Below are positions 21,311 through 24,000 of a DNA stretch of 24,000 nucleotides, piece by piece. The first letter of the stretch is position 1; each line of letters opens with the position of its first letter. The position numbers and the translations under genes were made by a program. The stretch comes from Nitrospirota bacterium (GTDB lineage Bacteria > Nitrospirota > UBA9217), in NCBI GenBank assembly GCA_963818475.1, contig CAWFSF010000005.1, positions 555,873-579,872 of the forward strand, written 5' to 3'. The notes beneath the pieces are model-generated. The model was not told the DNA's origin, ran no database searches, and saw only the letters and a list, made by a program, of their open reading frames with translations.

Positions 21311-22309
21311 GTGAACAAAAAAGCAGTGGCTCTCATCTCGGGCGGCCTGGACAGCATCTTGGCCGCAAAGGTCGTCATGGACCAGGGCTTTGATATCATC
21401 GGGCTCTACTGTACGTCGGCCTTTTCCAAAAGCTACGGGAACGAGCAGGAGACCCATGCGGTCAAGGTGTCACGGGCACTCGGGATCGACCTTCGCATCT
21501 TCGACATGGGGCAGGAGTACATCGAACTCGTGCGCCGGCCTGCGCACGGATACGGCAAGAACACCAATCCCTGCATCGACTGCAAGATCTTCATGCTGAA
21601 AAAAGCACGGAGCCTCATGGATGACGTGGGAGCCCCCTTCGTGGTCACCGGCGAGGTGCTGGGGCAGCGGCCCATGTCGCAGCGCCGCGACACCCTGCAG
21701 GTGATCGAGCGGGATGCCGACATGCGCGGCCTGATCCTGCGGCCCCTTTCCGCCACGCTCTTGCCGCCCACCAAAGCGGAGCTGGCCGGCCAGATCGACC
21801 GGGAAAAGCTGCTCAGCATCAGCGGCCGCTCCCGGAACGTGCAGCTGCGGCTTGCCGAGCGGTACGGCATCCGCGGCTACTCGGCGCCTGCGGGCGGCTG
21901 CCTGCTCACGGACAAGAACTTTTCCGACAAACTGCGGGACCTTTTTGAGGACAAGGCGGCCATTGACCCGAACGATATCCGGCTGCTCACCGTGGGCCGC
22001 CACTTCAGGATCGACACCGGCGTCAAGATCGTCGTGGGCCGCGACAATGCAGAGAACAACGTCCTGCTCTCGCTTGCACCGCACGGCTACCATCTGTTCA
22101 CACCGCATGATTTTTCAGGACCGGTGGCGCTTTTGAGCGGCACGCCTACGCCGGACCTCAAACAGGCCGTCGGCAGGCTCATGATCACCTACAGCAAGCA
22201 GGTGCCGGGCCAGACCAGGCGCATCCAGTTCGCCAATGAGGTCTTCGACCCGGGCGATCCGCTGCCGATATCAACGGTCGGCATGAGACGGGTCGGCGCG
22301 GACAGTTAA
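21311..22309 (+). CDS. PP-loop ATP pyrophosphatase, ThiI/MnmA-like tRNA sulfurtransferase family (no THUMP domain)
   Basis: The PP-loop SGGLDS is present in KAVALISGGLDSILAAKVV. Other motifs are NPCIDCK and VVTGEVLGQRPMSQRRDTL...LRPLSA. I chose the start at GTG 21311, after an AAGGGGGA Shine-Dalgarno. The ORF-track start at 21290 is a TTG. Confidence 0.8.
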   Translation: MNKKAVALISGGLDSILAAKVVMDQGFDIIGLYCTSAFSKSYGNEQETHAVKVSRALGIDLRIFDMGQEYIELVRRPAHGYGKNTNPCIDCKIFMLKKARSLMDDVGAPFVVTGEVLGQRPMSQRRDTLQVIERDADMRGLILRPLSATLLPPTKAELAGQIDREKLLSISGRSRNVQLRLAERYGIRGYSAPAGGCLLTDKNFSDKLRDLFEDKAAIDPNDIRLLTVGRHFRIDTGVKIVVGRDNAENNVLLSLAPHGYHLFTPHDFSGPVALLSGTPTPDLKQAVGRLMITYSKQVPGQTRRIQFANEVFDPGDPLPISTVGMRRVGADS

Positions 22310-22328
22310 GCTGCGCTGCCGTTTTTTT
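22294..22328 (+). terminator. Probable Rho-independent terminator after the PP-loop ATPase gene
   Basis: An imperfect GC-rich hairpin CGGCGCGGACAG-ttaag-CTGCGCTGCCG overlaps the stop codon and is followed by TTTTTTT (22322-22328). Confidence 0.5.
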
Positions 22329-22374
22329 CCTCTTTGCTTTCCTCCTCATAACGGAACTGCTCAGGTCAGTATCC

Positions 22375-22461
22375 TATCCGCAGATTTCGCTGATTTCACC
22401 GATTAAAACAGGCCAGACTTGTGTTTCTAAGATCTGCGGACATCTGAGAAATCTGCGGATA
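22375..22461. repeat. Palindromic intergenic element (E10)
   Basis: The left arm TATCCGCAGATTTCGCTGATTTCACCGATT pairs with the right arm AAGATCTGCGGACATCTGAGAAATCTGCGGATA. The outermost 14 bp are perfectly inverted. Confidence 0.65.
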
Positions 22462-22620
22462 AAAAGTTTTTTCTTCTGCTCTGTGCGGCTGAATCTTCTT
22501 TTTTTAGATTCCTGTGTTAACAATTCGCCTCCCCCGCCGTTGCAGCTCCTTCAAACGTGATAAAATAAGAATGAGAACGATCGTCCCTCAGGGATGATCG
22601 TGATCAGGATGGAGGAAACC

Positions 22621-23706
22621 ATGCCCCGGCTGACCATCATGGCTCTCACCGAATATCTTGCGGCCCTCTATGCCGCACCTGTGCGCGTCATCTCGATGAC
22701 AAGCCATGGCGCTCAGGAGGAGGGCGACGATCTTAAGGGCTTCGGATATGGAGCGCCTCTTTTTCTGGAGTATGAGCTCTCCGGCGAACGAAAAAGGGCG
22801 GTGCTCGAAACCATGGCCCCTTCCTCCTACGGCCATGACCACTTTTCCGACCGGGCCCAGGCCATTCTCTGGGAGCATGCCTCGTTCAACAACCTGCTCC
22901 GCCATGTGCGTTCTATTGACTGCGGTGCTTTTCTGCATTCCGGCAGGATCATTTCGACCGGGAAAGCCGAGGAGTTCTTCCTGCTCACGGAATTTGTGGA
23001 GGGAAAGGGGTACTTTAAGGACCTGGAGCGGATCAGGGACTCAGGTATTGCTGCGGACGGGGATCTCGACCGTACGCTGGCGCTCGCCGATTACCTTGCG
23101 GCTGTCCATGCGGAACGGCTCGACGCCCCCTCTCTTTATACACGGCGCATCCGCGAGCTCATGGGCCACGGTGAATGCATCATGGGGATGATCGACAACT
23201 ATCCTTCCCAGTTCGAATTTATCACGCAACCGCTGCTCAAAGAGATAGAGGTTGCGTGCAACGAATGGCGCTGGCGCATCAAGGGCCGCACCCATCGCCT
23301 CTGCAAAGTGCATGGCGATTTTCACCCCTGGAACATCCTGTTCCGTGCCGGCACGGACTTCACGGTCCTGGACCGGTCGCGGGGAGAATGGGGTGAAGCT
23401 GCCGATGACGTGGCGACCATGACGATCAACTATCTGTTCTTCTCGCTCCAGCGCTCCGGCAGGCTTGAAGGGGAGTTTGAGAAGCTTTTCAGCCTGTTCT
23501 GGGACCGCTACCTCGCGAAGACCAATGACCGGGAACTGCTCGAGGTCATTGCCCCGTTCTTTGCCTGGCGGGGCCTCGTGATCGCCAGCCCAGTATGGTA
23601 TCCGCACCTGCCCACGGACGTACGGAAAACGATCTTCAACTTCATCGGGAACGTGCTCAAGGCTGATCGATTCGATCCCGCCCACATGAAGAGGTATCTC
23701 GCATGA
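22621..23706 (+). CDS. Aminoglycoside-phosphotransferase (APH)/choline-kinase-fold small-molecule kinase
   Basis: The catalytic loop is VHGDFHPWNILF and the metal-binding motif is VLDRSRGEWGEAADDVA. I chose the start at MPRLTIM (ATG 22621), after a GGAGGA Shine-Dalgarno. Confidence 0.8.
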   Translation: MPRLTIMALTEYLAALYAAPVRVISMTSHGAQEEGDDLKGFGYGAPLFLEYELSGERKRAVLETMAPSSYGHDHFSDRAQAILWEHASFNNLLRHVRSIDCGAFLHSGRIISTGKAEEFFLLTEFVEGKGYFKDLERIRDSGIAADGDLDRTLALADYLAAVHAERLDAPSLYTRRIRELMGHGECIMGMIDNYPSQFEFITQPLLKEIEVACNEWRWRIKGRTHRLCKVHGDFHPWNILFRAGTDFTVLDRSRGEWGEAADDVATMTINYLFFSLQRSGRLEGEFEKLFSLFWDRYLAKTNDRELLEVIAPFFAWRGLVIASPVWYPHLPTDVRKTIFNFIGNVLKADRFDPAHMKRYLA

Positions 23707-24000
23707 GCGAACAGGAAGGCTTTGCCATATGGCTGACCGGCATTCCCGCGTCGGGCAAGAGTTCCATAACCAGGGAACTGGTGAAGCAGCTCCGTGCCAG
23801 CCGCGTGTCGGTGGTCGTGCTCGAGTCGGACGAGATGAGGAAGATCCTTACGCCCGCGCCGACCTACAGCGATGAGGAGCGCAGCCGGTTCTATCGCGCG
23901 CTGGCGCTGATCGGCGCCTTGCTCACCCGAAGCGGGATCAATGTGATCTTCGATGCAACGGCCAACAAACGTGCATACCGGGATCAGGCGCGGCAGGCCA
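23703..24000 (+). CDS. Adenylyl-sulfate (APS) kinase-like P-loop kinase, partial (runs off the window end)
   Basis: Manual translation gives MSEQEGFAIWLTGIPASGKSSITRELVKQL..VVVLESDEMRKIL...SDEERSRFYRALALIGALLTRSGINVIFDATANKR, which matches the CysC-family layout. The ATG overlaps the stop of the upstream kinase (ATGA). Confidence 0.75.
   Translation, partial: MSEQEGFAIWLTGIPASGKSSITRELVKQLRASRVSVVVLESDEMRKILTPAPTYSDEERSRFYRALALIGALLTRSGINVIFDATANKRAYRDQARQA

Noticed and set aside
1-24000. An autonomous mobile element (transposase, integrase, RAYT) that could mobilise the palindromic elements; also tRNA and rRNA genes
   Set aside because: No ORF in any frame shows DDE, tyrosine-recombinase or HUH motifs, and no tRNA-like or rRNA-like sequence was recognised. 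The elements are therefore reported only as non-autonomous repeats.

Overview
This window is a chromosomal segment from a diderm bacterium, shown by an outer-membrane porin, an Omp85-type barrel and lipobox lipoproteins. GC looks to be in the high 50s % by eye. The gene content suggests an anaerobe, possibly Desulfobacterota or a similar lineage, but that guess is low confidence. I saw no rRNA, tRNA, CRISPR array, transposase or integrase.

Gene order, left to right:
- sensor histidine kinase (partial)
- rsmE
- arfB
- a frameshifted acyl-CoA synthetase
- tpx
- a cold-shock protein
- a heavily frameshifted M3B oligoendopeptidase F
- a PNPOx-like protein
- a 9.8-kb block in which every gene is on the minus strand (8905-18075)
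- an EamA transporter
- a frameshifted EndoQ-like PHP nuclease
- a PP-loop ThiI-like ATPase
- an APH-type kinase overlapping an APS-kinase-like gene (partial)

The minus-strand block contains, in transcription order:
- an OprO/P-like porin
- an Ig-like lipoprotein
- a 751-aa lipoprotein made of two tandem beta-propeller-like modules, each with a CXXCH motif
- an orphan FtsX/MacB-type permease
- a small AbrB/SpoVT-type protein with two vicinal Cys-Cys pairs
- hgcA and hgcB, the mercury-methylation corrinoid protein and ferredoxin
- a POTRA-less Omp85 barrel

The most interesting points:
1. The hgcAB pair appears to be co-transcribed with an uncharacterised Cys-Cys AbrB-like gene and sits among envelope proteins.
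2. The internally duplicated CXXCH propeller lipoprotein lies in a porin-lipoprotein cluster.
3. Nearly every intergenic gap holds a palindromic, MITE/REP-like element built from short tandem motifs, with at least 10 copies in the window.
4. About 14 frame disruptions are confined to five conserved genes, while about 13.8 kb of other coding sequence is intact.

All functional calls come from reading motifs in the translations. No database search was possible.
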